NCBI GenBank assembly: GCA_030145345.1
Contig: JAQYVT010000006.1
Location: forward strand, 107 to 64,106
From: Desulfobacterales bacterium
Lineage (GTDB): Bacteria; Desulfobacterota; Desulfobacteria; Desulfobacterales; UBA11574
DNA length: 64,000 nt
Direction of reading: 5' to 3'
The position numbers were made by a program, and so were the translations under genes. The notes under the pieces are model-generated. The model saw only the letters and a list, made by a program, of their open reading frames with translations. It was not told the DNA's origin and made no database searches. Shown here piece after piece: positions 16,929-26,800 of the stretch (position 1 is the first letter of the stretch; each line of letters opens with the position of its first letter).

Positions 16929-17645
16929 CTATATTGAAATCAATAAAAAAAGTATCGACTCGGTCCATTCGGTCATGGCGCCCAGCATGTCGCCGGTGAT
17001 ACATCCCATACGTTTTTTATAGTACACAAGGATGACCGCAGTGCACACCACAAAAAGAAGGTTTAACCAGAGGCCTCTCCATCCTAAAAAATATGAAAGT
17101 ACCAGTGGAATCAGCAATCCCCAGAAAGCGGATACCTTCAACGGTTTGTCGAAAAAATCACGGCCGGTGCCGCCGCCAGGCCTTCCGTAGGGCAAAAAAC
17201 GGATGCCGAACAACATACCGCTTCTGGCATAGGCGGGAATAAGAATGAGCACCAACGTCCGATGGGCATCAAGATGCATAATCCCGGCCCATTTGACGGC
17301 CAATCCACAAACGATGGCCACAAGCCCCATAACACCGATGCGGCTGTCCTTCATGATCGCCAGTGCCTTGTCTCTGCTTCTGTGGCCCATGAGGCCGTCG
17401 GCGCTATCCCCCAGACCGTCCAGGTGAAGTGCGGCGGTGATCACCACGAGAAAGACGACGTCGAGAACCGCAACCACCGGTTTTGGCCAGAAATACAATG
17501 CAGCATGATCAAACATCGATACAAAGGCCCCTACGATCAGACCCACCACCGGAAAAAACGGCACCATACCTTTGGGGTCGTAAACCACGGATTTCCCTAA
17601 AGGAAGAAGGGTTAAAAATTGTATTGCAGCGATTAAACGGTTCAT
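16929..17645 (-). CDS. cobS: adenosylcobinamide-GDP ribazoletransferase (cobalamin synthase)
   Basis: Polytopic membrane protein with LDGLGDSADG motif. Start set at ATG 17645 (MNRLIAAIQFLT), which overlaps the cobU stop as ATGA. Confidence 0.9.
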   Translation of the reverse strand: MNRLIAAIQFLTLLPLGKSVVYDPKGMVPFFPVVGLIVGAFVSMFDHAALYFWPKPVVAVLDVVFLVVITAALHLDGLGDSADGLMGHRSRDKALAIMKDSRIGVMGLVAIVCGLAVKWAGIMHLDAHRTLVLILIPAYARSGMLFGIRFLPYGRPGGGTGRDFFDKPLKVSAFWGLLIPLVLSYFLGWRGLWLNLLFVVCTAVILVYYKKRMGCITGDMLGAMTEWTESILFLLISI

Positions 17646-18160
17646 TTTATTTCCACAGGAATACCCGCCACCATCCAAATGACGCGATCCACGCAGGCCG
17701 CTATTTTCTGGTTGGCAAATCCGGCGACGTCTCGGAAACGTCTGGCCAGGCTGTTTTCCGGGACGATTCCGGTTCCCACTTCATTGGATACCAGGATGAC
17801 CGGGCATTCGGTTTTTTCAAGCGATTGAATCAGTTGTTGAATGTGCATGTCGATGTTTTCCGGATCGTCGTTTTCCAAGATAAGATTGTTGATCCAGAGC
17901 GTCAGGCAGTCCACAAGGATCACATGTCCCCGGCGACTGTTTTCACGGATCGATTCAGACAGAAGAAGTGGCACCTCCAGTGTTTTCCAGTTTGGGTTTC
18001 TTTGTTTTTGATGGTGTAAAACCCGCTGTTCCATTTCTCTGTCCAGGGGCAGACAGGTTGCCATAAAAATTTTGTGCCCGGTCAGCTGCTCCGCCAAATG
18101 CAACGCATGACCGCTTTTGCCGCTTCTGCATCCGCCGATGATCAATACGGTTTCTTTCAC
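17642..18160 (-). CDS. cobU: adenosylcobinamide kinase / adenosylcobinamide-phosphate guanylyltransferase
   Basis: P-loop IIGGCRSGKS. Start set at GTG 18160, 8 nt after GGAG. The upstream part of the track ORF is read-through into repeat element D. Confidence 0.85.
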   Translation of the reverse strand: MKETVLIIGGCRSGKSGHALHLAEQLTGHKIFMATCLPLDREMEQRVLHHQKQRNPNWKTLEVPLLLSESIRENSRRGHVILVDCLTLWINNLILENDDPENIDMHIQQLIQSLEKTECPVILVSNEVGTGIVPENSLARRFRDVAGFANQKIAACVDRVIWMVAGIPVEIK

Positions 18161-18191
18161 AAATTCACTCCCGATTAATATTAGTATATCT

Positions 18192-18504
18192 GGTTCTTCT
18201 CCAATAAATCTTAATCCCCTGCTAATAATATCTGTGTTTCCAATTCGCAAACAGAACCCTAAGAGATGTAAAGCCTCCGAATGTAATCCATGGTTGTCTT
18301 TCTTCTTTTGGATTTTTTTTGTTATTCTATATATCTCTAAACAGAGTTCGTATGACTTTTGCCAAACTTTCAGGTTTTTCTAATTCTTAAGCATTTTTAT
18401 CCGCCTGTTTTGTGGCGGGTCACCTGAATCTTTGGAACCTTGATCCCTTGCACCCTTGAGTCATCAAATCCTTACAAAATCATCAAATCTTTTGGAGATG
18501 ATCC
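18192..18504 (-). mobile_element. TIR element with four-helix-bundle gene relic, copy D
   Basis: Plus-strand ends are GGTTCTTCTCCAATAAATC... and ...GGAGATGATCC. The minus strand carries hairpin CCGCC-N-GGCGG and relic MLKN*KNLKVWQKSYELCLEIYRITKK (from 18394). Flanks are GTATATCT / AGATATTT (5/8). Confidence 0.7.
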
Positions 18505-19286
18505 AGATATTTATGGGGTACCGGTGTAATTCGCGGAAAATTCCCCAGAGGACTTTCATCCACCAGCAGTGTGCAGCCGTAAGCCGCCTCTAAGGTCTGG
18601 AACGTGAGAACTTCGTCCGGATGTCCCAGACACATCATCTCTCCCTGGTTAAGGAGAAGCAATCGATCGCAGTACATCGCCGCAAGATTTACATCATGGG
18701 AAACCATTACAACGGTAATCCCTTTCTCCTTTTTGAGCTTTTCCATCAAGTCCATAAGCCGGGTCTGATGGGCAAGGTCGAGGGAAGCGGTGGGCTCATC
18801 CAGAAGGATAATTTCAGGTTCCTGGCAAATGGCTCTGGCAATGAAGACCCGTTGCTGTTCCCCGCCGCTTAACTGGTCCAGTTTCCGGTGGGCCAAATGC
18901 TCGACGCCGGTGAACGTGAGCGCTTGCTCCGCAATTTTTAAATCCTTCTCTTGTTCGACACCCAGCATCCCCAGATAGGGCGATCTCCCCATGAGTACCA
19001 CTTCAATGACGCTAAACGGAAAATCCACCCGCATCATCTGCGGGACAAAGGCCATGGTCTGTGCCAAATCTTTGCGGGTATAGTTTTCGAGGGTTCGATT
19101 CAGTATCTTCAATCGACCGTTTTTCGGTTTAAGAATACCCGCCATCACCTTCATCAATGTCGTTTTGCCGGAACCGTTCGGGCCGATGATAATAAAGAAA
19201 TCACCTTTGGTGACCGAAAAGCTCAGATCCTTTAGGGCCGGAATGTCTCCATAATAATAGTTCAGATTTTTGACGTCTATGGCCAT
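18483..19286 (-). CDS. btuD: ABC transporter ATP-binding protein (BtuD/FecE-type)
   Basis: Walker A GPNGSGKTT, signature LSGGEQQR, Walker B ILLDEP. The last 7 codons and the stop lie inside element D. Confidence 0.85.
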   Translation of the reverse strand: MAIDVKNLNYYYGDIPALKDLSFSVTKGDFFIIIGPNGSGKTTLMKVMAGILKPKNGRLKILNRTLENYTRKDLAQTMAFVPQMMRVDFPFSVIEVVLMGRSPYLGMLGVEQEKDLKIAEQALTFTGVEHLAHRKLDQLSGGEQQRVFIARAICQEPEIILLDEPTASLDLAHQTRLMDLMEKLKKEKGITVVMVSHDVNLAAMYCDRLLLLNQGEMMCLGHPDEVLTFQTLEAAYGCTLLVDESPLGNFPRITPVPHKYLDHLQKI

Positions 19287-19287
19287 A

Positions 19288-20298
19288 TTACCGTCGGGTT
19301 CTTTTCAATAAATAGATAAAGAGCGGTGCACCGATCATTGCGGTAATGACACCGGCGGGCATCTCCCCCTGTTCCGGGAGCGCCCTGGCCAGAACATCGC
19401 AGAAAACAAGATAAGCGCCGCCGCCCAACACACATGCCGGAACCAGCACCCGGTGGTCCGGCCCGAACAGAAGTCTCAGAAGATGGGGGACGACCAATCC
19501 GACAAATCCCACCAGCCCGCAATATGAAACAGTGGCACTGACCATAAACGAGGTGGCCACCAGCAAGGTCACCGTTACCGCCTTTACATTGACCCCCATG
19601 GTCTGGGCCATTTCTTTGCCCATCAGGAGCAGATTCATGGAATTGGAGAACCAAAACACGAGGAAAAAACACGGCAAAAGCATTGCAGCAAGAATTCCGA
19701 CCTGGAGCATGTCGACCATGGAAAGATCCCCCATGAGCCAGAAAATGATATTATGGAGCCGTGCATCCTGGGTCAATGAGAGCAGGAACATGATGACGGC
19801 CCCGCAGAAAGCATTCACCATTACGCCTGAAAGAAGAAGGGCATCTTTTTTCAGAATTGTTTGTCCGGAAGACATGACGAGAATCAATAAAAGTGTACCG
19901 ATACTTCCCGAAAAAGCCGTAAGACTGACCCCTGGAAATTTGGCGAATCCGATCAGGATGCCGATAATGGCACCGATGGCCGAACCCCCGGAAATGCCCA
20001 AAATATAGGGTTCGGCCAGGGGATTTTTCAATAGGGCCTGGAAAACCAACCCGCCCAGGGAAAGGGTCCCGCCCACCAGGGTTGCCAGCAAGATCCGTGG
20101 AAAACGGATTTTCCAGATGATGGTATCCAGCATGGGATCATGGGGTCCGATGCCCAAAAGATTTTGGATAACCGCCTTCATTCCGCTCTGACTGGACCCT
20201 AAAGAAAGGCCGAGGAACATGGCCGTAAGCAACACCAGCATCAGTGAAAAGGAAACAACCCACAGACGTTTTATCAGCACTGGTTTTTCGGTGTTCAC
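19288..20298 (-). CDS. btuC: FecCD/BtuC-family ABC permease
   Basis: 336 aa with about 9-10 TM segments and FecCD-family motifs. Overlaps btuF by 4 nt. Confidence 0.88.
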   Translation of the reverse strand: MNTEKPVLIKRLWVVSFSLMLVLLTAMFLGLSLGSSQSGMKAVIQNLLGIGPHDPMLDTIIWKIRFPRILLATLVGGTLSLGGLVFQALLKNPLAEPYILGISGGSAIGAIIGILIGFAKFPGVSLTAFSGSIGTLLLILVMSSGQTILKKDALLLSGVMVNAFCGAVIMFLLSLTQDARLHNIIFWLMGDLSMVDMLQVGILAAMLLPCFFLVFWFSNSMNLLLMGKEMAQTMGVNVKAVTVTLLVATSFMVSATVSYCGLVGFVGLVVPHLLRLLFGPDHRVLVPACVLGGGAYLVFCDVLARALPEQGEMPAGVITAMIGAPLFIYLLKRTRR

Positions 20299-21224
20299 TC
20301 TGCTTCCTTAAAAAGTTCGGGGTGGATCAATCTCACCAGCAGTTCAAGGCCGTCCACAAGCCGGGGCGTGGGGCGGTCGAAAAAATTGGAATCTTCGAGA
20401 AAAATACGCTGGTTTTGCACCGCGGGCAGATTGGGCCATTTACTCCATTCCGCTTTGACCTGTTCGAATATCGCTGCTCGTGCCATGGAAGTGATAATCA
20501 TCACTTCCGGCGACAGGGCCAGGACCTGTTCGCGACTGAACCGGGGATAGGCGATTGGGCCTTCCGCAAGATTGGTCCCACCGGCAAGAACAATGAGTCC
20601 ATGAATAAATGTATGGGTCCCAACCGATACGATGGGGGAGACACCGATTTGGAAAAAGACCCGGGGACGATAGGTAACGTTTGAAACCAGAGACTTGACC
20701 TTTTGTATCCGGAAATTCATGTTCTTCACCAAAAGGTCTGCCCTTTTTTCGGCATTGATGAGCCCCCCGATTTCAAGCACCGTTTGCAGAATCGTTTCTA
20801 AATTTTTCGGGTTTACGGCATATACGGGTATTTTAAGAGATTCCAGGCGCTGGGCGACAACTATCGGATTTCCGTCCTTGATGGCGATACAAAGATCCGG
20901 TTTTAATGCCACGATTTTCTCCAAATCGAGGTGAACATAAGAACCGACCTTGGGAAGTTTTTCAGCTTCAGGCGGAAAATCGCTGTACCGGGTAACACCG
21001 ATTAAATGACGTTCCTGACCCAGGGCAAAAATAATCTCCGTGATATTCGGCGCCAGGGATACAATCCGTCGGGGTTCATCCGGGACCGTAACGGTTCGTC
21101 CCAGCTGATCCGTCACAGTCCTTGCAAGGGATGGTCTGCCCAACAAGAGACTAACTGATGTCGCTGCCAGTAAAAAGATCCCCATGGATCTGAAATTCAA
21201 CATATGGAAAATTTTAAATGCCAT
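20295..21224 (-). CDS. btuF: periplasmic cobalamin/siderophore-binding protein (BtuF-like)
   Basis: Signal peptide plus class III substrate-binding fold (RIVSLAPNITEIIFALG). The start is uncertain (ATG 21224 or 21203); the track start at 21260 is a TTG inside element E. Confidence 0.8.
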   Translation of the reverse strand: MAFKIFHMLNFRSMGIFLLAATSVSLLLGRPSLARTVTDQLGRTVTVPDEPRRIVSLAPNITEIIFALGQERHLIGVTRYSDFPPEAEKLPKVGSYVHLDLEKIVALKPDLCIAIKDGNPIVVAQRLESLKIPVYAVNPKNLETILQTVLEIGGLINAEKRADLLVKNMNFRIQKVKSLVSNVTYRPRVFFQIGVSPIVSVGTHTFIHGLIVLAGGTNLAEGPIAYPRFSREQVLALSPEVMIITSMARAAIFEQVKAEWSKWPNLPAVQNQRIFLEDSNFFDRPTPRLVDGLELLVRLIHPELFKEAE

Positions 21225-21247
21225 TGGAGCCCATTCTAATAATATTT

Positions 21248-21657
21248 GGTTCTTCTCCAATTTAGTTGGAGAAGAGGGTCCAAGGGGTCAAGGATTTGAT
21301 GACTCAAGGATGCGAGGGTTTGTTTTCTAAATACTTTATCAGCGCCGTGAGGGCCCTTTCAACTTCCTCCGTATCATCCTTGAGAGCATTATTCTTCTGC
21401 TCTTTAGCATTCACTCGATTCCTTGGCCCCTTGAATCCTTTCAAAATATCTTTCTTCCTTTGGGAATTTTGCTGTTTTCTATATATCTCTAAACAGAGTT
21501 AGTATGACTTTTGCCAAACTTTCAACTCTTTGTAATTCTTTAGCCTTTCACTCGACCCCTTGAACCCTTGAACCCTTGAACCCTCTGGGATCACACTGAC
21601 TCAATTGGAGATGCCCCACTTATTTTATCTTAACTACAACGAATCGGGAGACGATCC
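21248..21657 (-). mobile_element. TIR element with four-helix-bundle gene relic, copy E (most complete, perfect TSD)
   Basis: Plus-strand ends are GGTTCTTCTCCAATTTAGTTGGAG... and ...CTACAACGAATCGGGAGACGATCC (17/24 inverted match). It is flanked by identical TAATATTT at 21240-21247 and 21658-21665. Terminal hairpin is at 21253-21273. Confidence 0.85.
21303..21557 (-). pseudogene. decayed four-helix-bundle protein gene (PF05635-like, 23S rRNA IVS protein / DGR Avd family)
   Basis: Minus strand reads (AGG in place of ATG) LKNYKELKVWQKSY*LCLEIY, then after a -1 frameshift KTAKFPKEERYF. A duplicated 5' module follows, then ...EEVERALTALIKYLENKPSHP*. It has lost its start and carries a stop, a frameshift and an internal deletion. 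Confidence 0.7.
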
Positions 21658-21671
21658 TAATATTTTTTCTC

Positions 21672-21945
21672 AAAAAAAAACCGGATCAAAACAGATCGAT
21701 CCGGGGATGTCCCTTTTTTATCCTCAAGATCACCACATGCCCCATATCCTCGGAGGCGGCGCCTTCTGCTCGGGCAGGTCTTCTGACTTCCCCCCTTGGT
21801 CTCTTTCAGCGACCTTCCCATCCCGAAAAAATTGGACAGTGGTGTACGACCATGCTAAAGGGCTCTCCTTGTCGTGTAAAACAAGAAGGGCGGGGTTACA
21901 GCGGCGGGCCCGTCCCCGAATTTCACGGGGTTCCCTATTAATCTC
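21672..21945 (-). promoter_or_regulatory. cobalamin riboswitch with intrinsic terminator
   Basis: Minus strand reads GGGAACCCCGTGAAATTCGGGGACGGGCCCGCCGCTGTAAC. Terminator is CCGGATC-N10-GATCCGG plus T9 (21672-21704). Confidence 0.88.
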
Positions 21946-22271
21946 ATACGAGCACCCGAACAGGATCTCTTCAAGTAATTAAAAAATAACAATAAAGTCA
22001 AGAAAATTTATGTTATCCTCATTTTTTGGGGCCTATTTCTTCCCTTTGCAATACTTCAAAAACAGTGATAAACATCAGGGAAGCCATAATGTCCTTGAAA
22101 CCTCCCATTTAACCATCTATCGCCGTCGCCGTTGGCCAGACAGAAATGTGGTGGTAGCCTAATGGGGAAAAATAATACCCGAATTGATCGCAAACAAACT
22201 GGGAGAACTATTATAAATGTTTTTGTTTTGGCGCATTCAGGATCGGCGGTCGATCAAGGGGTGTAAGTAAA

Positions 22272-23882
22272 ATGTACGATTTCATCATTATCGGTTCAGG
22301 ATTCGGGGGGAGTGCCAGCGCACTTCGATTGGCTGAAAAGGGTTACGAAGTGGCGGTTCTGGAAGCCGGCAAGCGATACCAGAGTGAAAATTTTCCCAAA
22401 AGCAACTGGAATATTTTCAAGTATCTTTGGCTCCCGTTCCTGCGCTGCTTCGGCATTTTACGTATCACGCTCCTTTCCGATGTTTTAATTTTGAGCGGTG
22501 CGGGCGTGGGCGGGGGAAGCCTTGGCTACGCCAACACGCTTCTTGAACCTTTGGACGCGTTTTACCAAGATCCCCAGTGGGCCCAAATGGGGGATTGGAA
22601 ATCGATTCTCGCACCCAATTATGAGACGGCAAAAAAAATGCTCGGGGTGACGTCCAACCAACAGGTATATCCGGCGGATGAACTGCTCCGCGAGTTGGCC
22701 GAGGAGATGGGCCGCGGTCATACATTCAGCCTTCAGGATGTGGGGGTTTTTTTCGGCGAACCCGAGAAAACCGTGCCCGATCCCTATTTTGAGGGAAAAG
22801 GGCCGGATCGTACCGGATGCTGCCTCTGCGGCGGTTGCATGATCGGTTGCCGGTATAATGCAAAAAACACCCTGGACAAAAATTACCTCCACTTGGCCGA
22901 AGGGCTGGGTGTGAAAATCTTTCCCGAGACCAAGGCGACCCTGATCAAAGAATATCCCGGTGGTGGCTACCAGGTGGATACCATTCGAACCACATCGCTT
23001 TTTTTCAGTGACCGGCGAACATTTCTGGCTAAAGAGATCGTTCTTGCCGCCGGTGTGTTAGGCACCGTCCCGTTGCTTTTAACGTGCAAAGAACAGGGAA
23101 CGTTGCCCGGACTTTCACCCATGCTCGGTTCGCGGGTCCGGACCAACAGTGAAACGTTAACGGCCGTTACCGCAAAAAACGACGCGGTGGATTACTCCAA
23201 AGGGATTGCCATTACATCGAGCATATATCCGGATGAAGTCACCCATATAGAACCCGTGCGCTATCCGGAAGGTTCCGACTTGATGAGTTTTTTAAGCACC
23301 ATCTTCACCGAAGGCGGCAACCCGTTCACACGCCCCTTGAAGTGGCTTTTAAATATCATTCGACACCCAATTCATTTTCTACGGGTTCTTTGGCCGTTTG
23401 GCTGGGCACGACGATCGATCATCCTTCTGGTCATGCAAACTTTGGATAACAGCGTCAAGGTCGATCTTGAGCGTCGATGGTGGTGGCCTTTTAAACGTTC
23501 GCTGATCTCAAAGCGTGAACATCGGCGGGAAAAGGTGCCGGTCTGTATTCCGAAGGCTCAGGAAGTAACCCGGGCACTGGCCCAAAAAACCGGCGGCATT
23601 CCACAGAGTGCCGTAAACGAGGTTCTTTTGAATACAGGCATTACGGCGCACATTTTGGGTGGATGCCCCATCGGACCGGATTCGAAACGCGGCGTTATCG
23701 ACGGGAAGAACCGAGTTTACGGCTATGAAGGTCTGTATGTTGTGGACGGATCGATGATACCGGCCAACCTGGGCGTAAATCCGAGCCTGACAATTACCGC
23801 CATGGCCGAGCATGCCATGAAACATATTCCACCCAAAAACCGGCGGGCGGCAAAGGAGCAAGCGGTCCATGCACGGTCTTAA
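22272..23882 (+). CDS. GMC-family FAD-dependent oxidoreductase (cholesterol-oxidase-like)
   Basis: N-terminal FAD-binding motif YDFIIIGSGFGGSASALRLAEKG and a C-terminal GMC domain (DGSMIPANLGVNPSLTI). Confidence 0.85.
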   Translation: MYDFIIIGSGFGGSASALRLAEKGYEVAVLEAGKRYQSENFPKSNWNIFKYLWLPFLRCFGILRITLLSDVLILSGAGVGGGSLGYANTLLEPLDAFYQDPQWAQMGDWKSILAPNYETAKKMLGVTSNQQVYPADELLRELAEEMGRGHTFSLQDVGVFFGEPEKTVPDPYFEGKGPDRTGCCLCGGCMIGCRYNAKNTLDKNYLHLAEGLGVKIFPETKATLIKEYPGGGYQVDTIRTTSLFFSDRRTFLAKEIVLAAGVLGTVPLLLTCKEQGTLPGLSPMLGSRVRTNSETLTAVTAKNDAVDYSKGIAITSSIYPDEVTHIEPVRYPEGSDLMSFLSTIFTEGGNPFTRPLKWLLNIIRHPIHFLRVLWPFGWARRSIILLVMQTLDNSVKVDLERRWWWPFKRSLISKREHRREKVPVCIPKAQEVTRALAQKTGGIPQSAVNEVLLNTGITAHILGGCPIGPDSKRGVIDGKNRVYGYEGLYVVDGSMIPANLGVNPSLTITAMAEHAMKHIPPKNRRAAKEQAVHARS

Positions 23883-26800
23883 AATCTACACCGGTAACCA
23901 CATGGAGATCCTTGCCGAGCAGCTGGCTCGAATCGTAAGGGAACCGCTTTCCGCTCCGTTTTCTCCAGAAATTATCGTTGTTCAGAGCAGGGGTATGGAA
24001 CGCTGGGTCTCTCTGGAGCTCGCCCGGCATAATGGCATTTGTGCAAACTGCCGTTTCCCCTTTCCAAACGTATTTTTAGAAGAAATTTTTAAAAAATTGA
24101 TCAAGGATCTTCCCGATGAATCCCCCTTTGCCCCCGTTACAATGACCTTCAGGATCATGAAACTTCTCCCGTCATGTAGTCATTTGTCCGGTTTTGAAAG
24201 TCTGAAAAAATATCTTTTGGATGATATAAAGGGGTTGAAGCTGTTTCAGCTATCGGAAAAAATTGCAGATCTGTATGATCAATACCTGGTTTTCAGGCCC
24301 GACATGATGTTACGGTGGGAAAACGGCAAGGAAGATCACTGGCAGGCACAACTCTGGCGACAACTTTCGTTGCCTGAAGAAAACCGGCATCGCGCCAGAC
24401 TCCGCAAGATCATTTTTGAGAAGATCAGAAAACAGCCCCATCCCATAGAAAATTTTCCCAGCCGGGTATCCCTATTCGGGATATCCTATTTACCCCCGTT
24501 TCATATAGAAGCGTTCGTCGAAATATCACGACGTTCTCAGGTGAATCTTTTTCTGATGAACCCGTGCAGAGAGTACTGGGCGGATATTGTTTCCGATCAG
24601 GAGACAATAAAGATCAGAAAGCGGCATGTCCAATCCGATGATACCCCTTCCAATCTCTACCTGGAAACGGGAAATCGGCTCCTGGCTTCCATGGGCGCAC
24701 TGGGCCGGAACTTTTTTTCAATGATCAGCGGACTCGATTGCCAGACAGACGAAATGTTTGATGATCATCCGGGTCATACCCTTCTTTCGAAGATCCAGTC
24801 GGATATTTTAAATTTAAACAACAGAACGTCTTCCCGGCCCCAAAATATTCCCGCCCCTGAAAATGACCCCTATTCTTTACCCCTTTGCGATTCTGATGGT
24901 TCGATTCAGATTCATTCCTGTCACAGTCCCATGCGGGAGATCGAGGTCCTTCACGACAACCTCCTGGCCGTGTTTGAAGAAGATCCGGAACTTTTGCCCA
25001 AAGACATCGTGGTCATGACACCCGATATCGAATTGTATGCACCGTTCATTCAGGCGGTGTTCGATGCGCAGACCGATAAAAAACTTCGGATTCCTTTCAC
25101 CATAGCCGACCGGAATATCCTAAAACAGAGCCGTATTATCGACGGGTTAATGTCCCTACTCGATCTCAAAAACAGTCGACTGGGTGTCACCTCTGTTATG
25201 GCTTTGATGGAAATAACGGAAATAAGAGAAACCTTCGGCATGTCTGAATCGGACATCGAAATTGCAGAACGCTGGATCAAGGAAACCAATATTCGTTGGG
25301 GGATCGATGCAAAATACCGCCAAGAGAAGGGACTGCCCGGGTTTGCTGAAAATACATGGAAAGCCGGAATCGACAGACTCCTTTTGGGATATGCCATGCC
25401 GGGTTATGACCGTAAAACATTCTCCGGAATCCTTCCCTATGACCCCATTGAAGGGGGTGACGTAAAAACCCTAGGGAAATTAATCAAATTTTTGAACAGG
25501 GTTTTCGCATGCGTACAATCTTTGGACACGGCACGAACATTCAGCGGCTGGCATATATTTTTCGATGAAATTATCGCCCAGTTTTTTTCTCCGGATGAGG
25601 ATTCCGAACGGGACATACATATTCTAAGGGGTATTTTGAATGACATGTCCAAAAAAGAAGCATCTTCCGGCTTTGATGCAACCGTGGAAATCGAGGTGGT
25701 CAGGTCCTATTTGGAACGACGTCTTGAACACGAGCAATTTCGCAGCGGATTTATTTCAGGCGGCGTAACATTTTGCGCCATGCTCCCCATGAGAAGCATC
25801 CCTTTTAAAATCGTTTGTCTCGTGGGGATGAACAGCGATGCTTTTCCGCGTAAAACTCAAACTCTGGGGTTCGATCTGATGGTCAAAAACCCCAGGATTG
25901 GCGATCGTAACCGGAGAAATGACGATAAATATCTTTTTCTGGAGGCGCTTCTATCCGCCAGAAACAGGTTGTACGTCAGCTATGTGGGGCAGAGTATCCA
26001 GGATAACACTCGGATTCCGCCATCGGTTCTGGTCAGTGAACTCATAGATTATATCCAAGACGGATTCGGTCTTTTAGAAGATCGGATCGTAACCCTTCAT
26101 CGGCTTCAAGCCTTTTCCCCCGAATATTTCAGACCCGACAGCAAGCTGTTCAGTTATTCCCAAGAGAATTTTTCAGCCGGTTCAAGATTGCATGACCGAA
26201 AAGAAGCTCCCACGCTGATTGCCGCCAAACTGCCTGAACTTTCCCATCAATGGAAAAATCTCGACATTAAAGACTTGAGCACCTTTTTCGGCAATCCAAG
26301 CAAGTTTCTTTTAGAGAAGCGCTTGGGCGTATATCTTCGCGATCCAGAAGCCGTTGCCGATCAAAGAGAAAATTTCAATTTAGATCATTTGGAAAAATAT
26401 ACGGTCGATCAAGAACTTGCGGCAAAAAAAATGTCGGGATTGAACTTAAAAGATTATTTCCCTGTGAAAAAAGCCTCCGGGCAGCTTCCCCATGGAAAAG
26501 TGGGCGAATTGGTTTTCAATGACCGGAGTCTGGATGCAGAAGATTTTGTCAGAAAGATTGGCGGCCATATCCAAAGCAAACGTTTCGATGATCGAGGATT
26601 TAAGCTCAATATCGCAGGGTTTAGCATAAGCGGTCGCATTGCTGATTTTTTTGAACAGGGACTGATTCAAATTCGATATGCAAAAATAAAACCTAAACAT
26701 ATAATAAATACATGGATTTATAACCTAGTAATTTATGCTTTAGATGAAGTTGACAATCCGGATCGGAGCCTCCTGTTGGGCAAAGATGCCGCCTGGGAAT

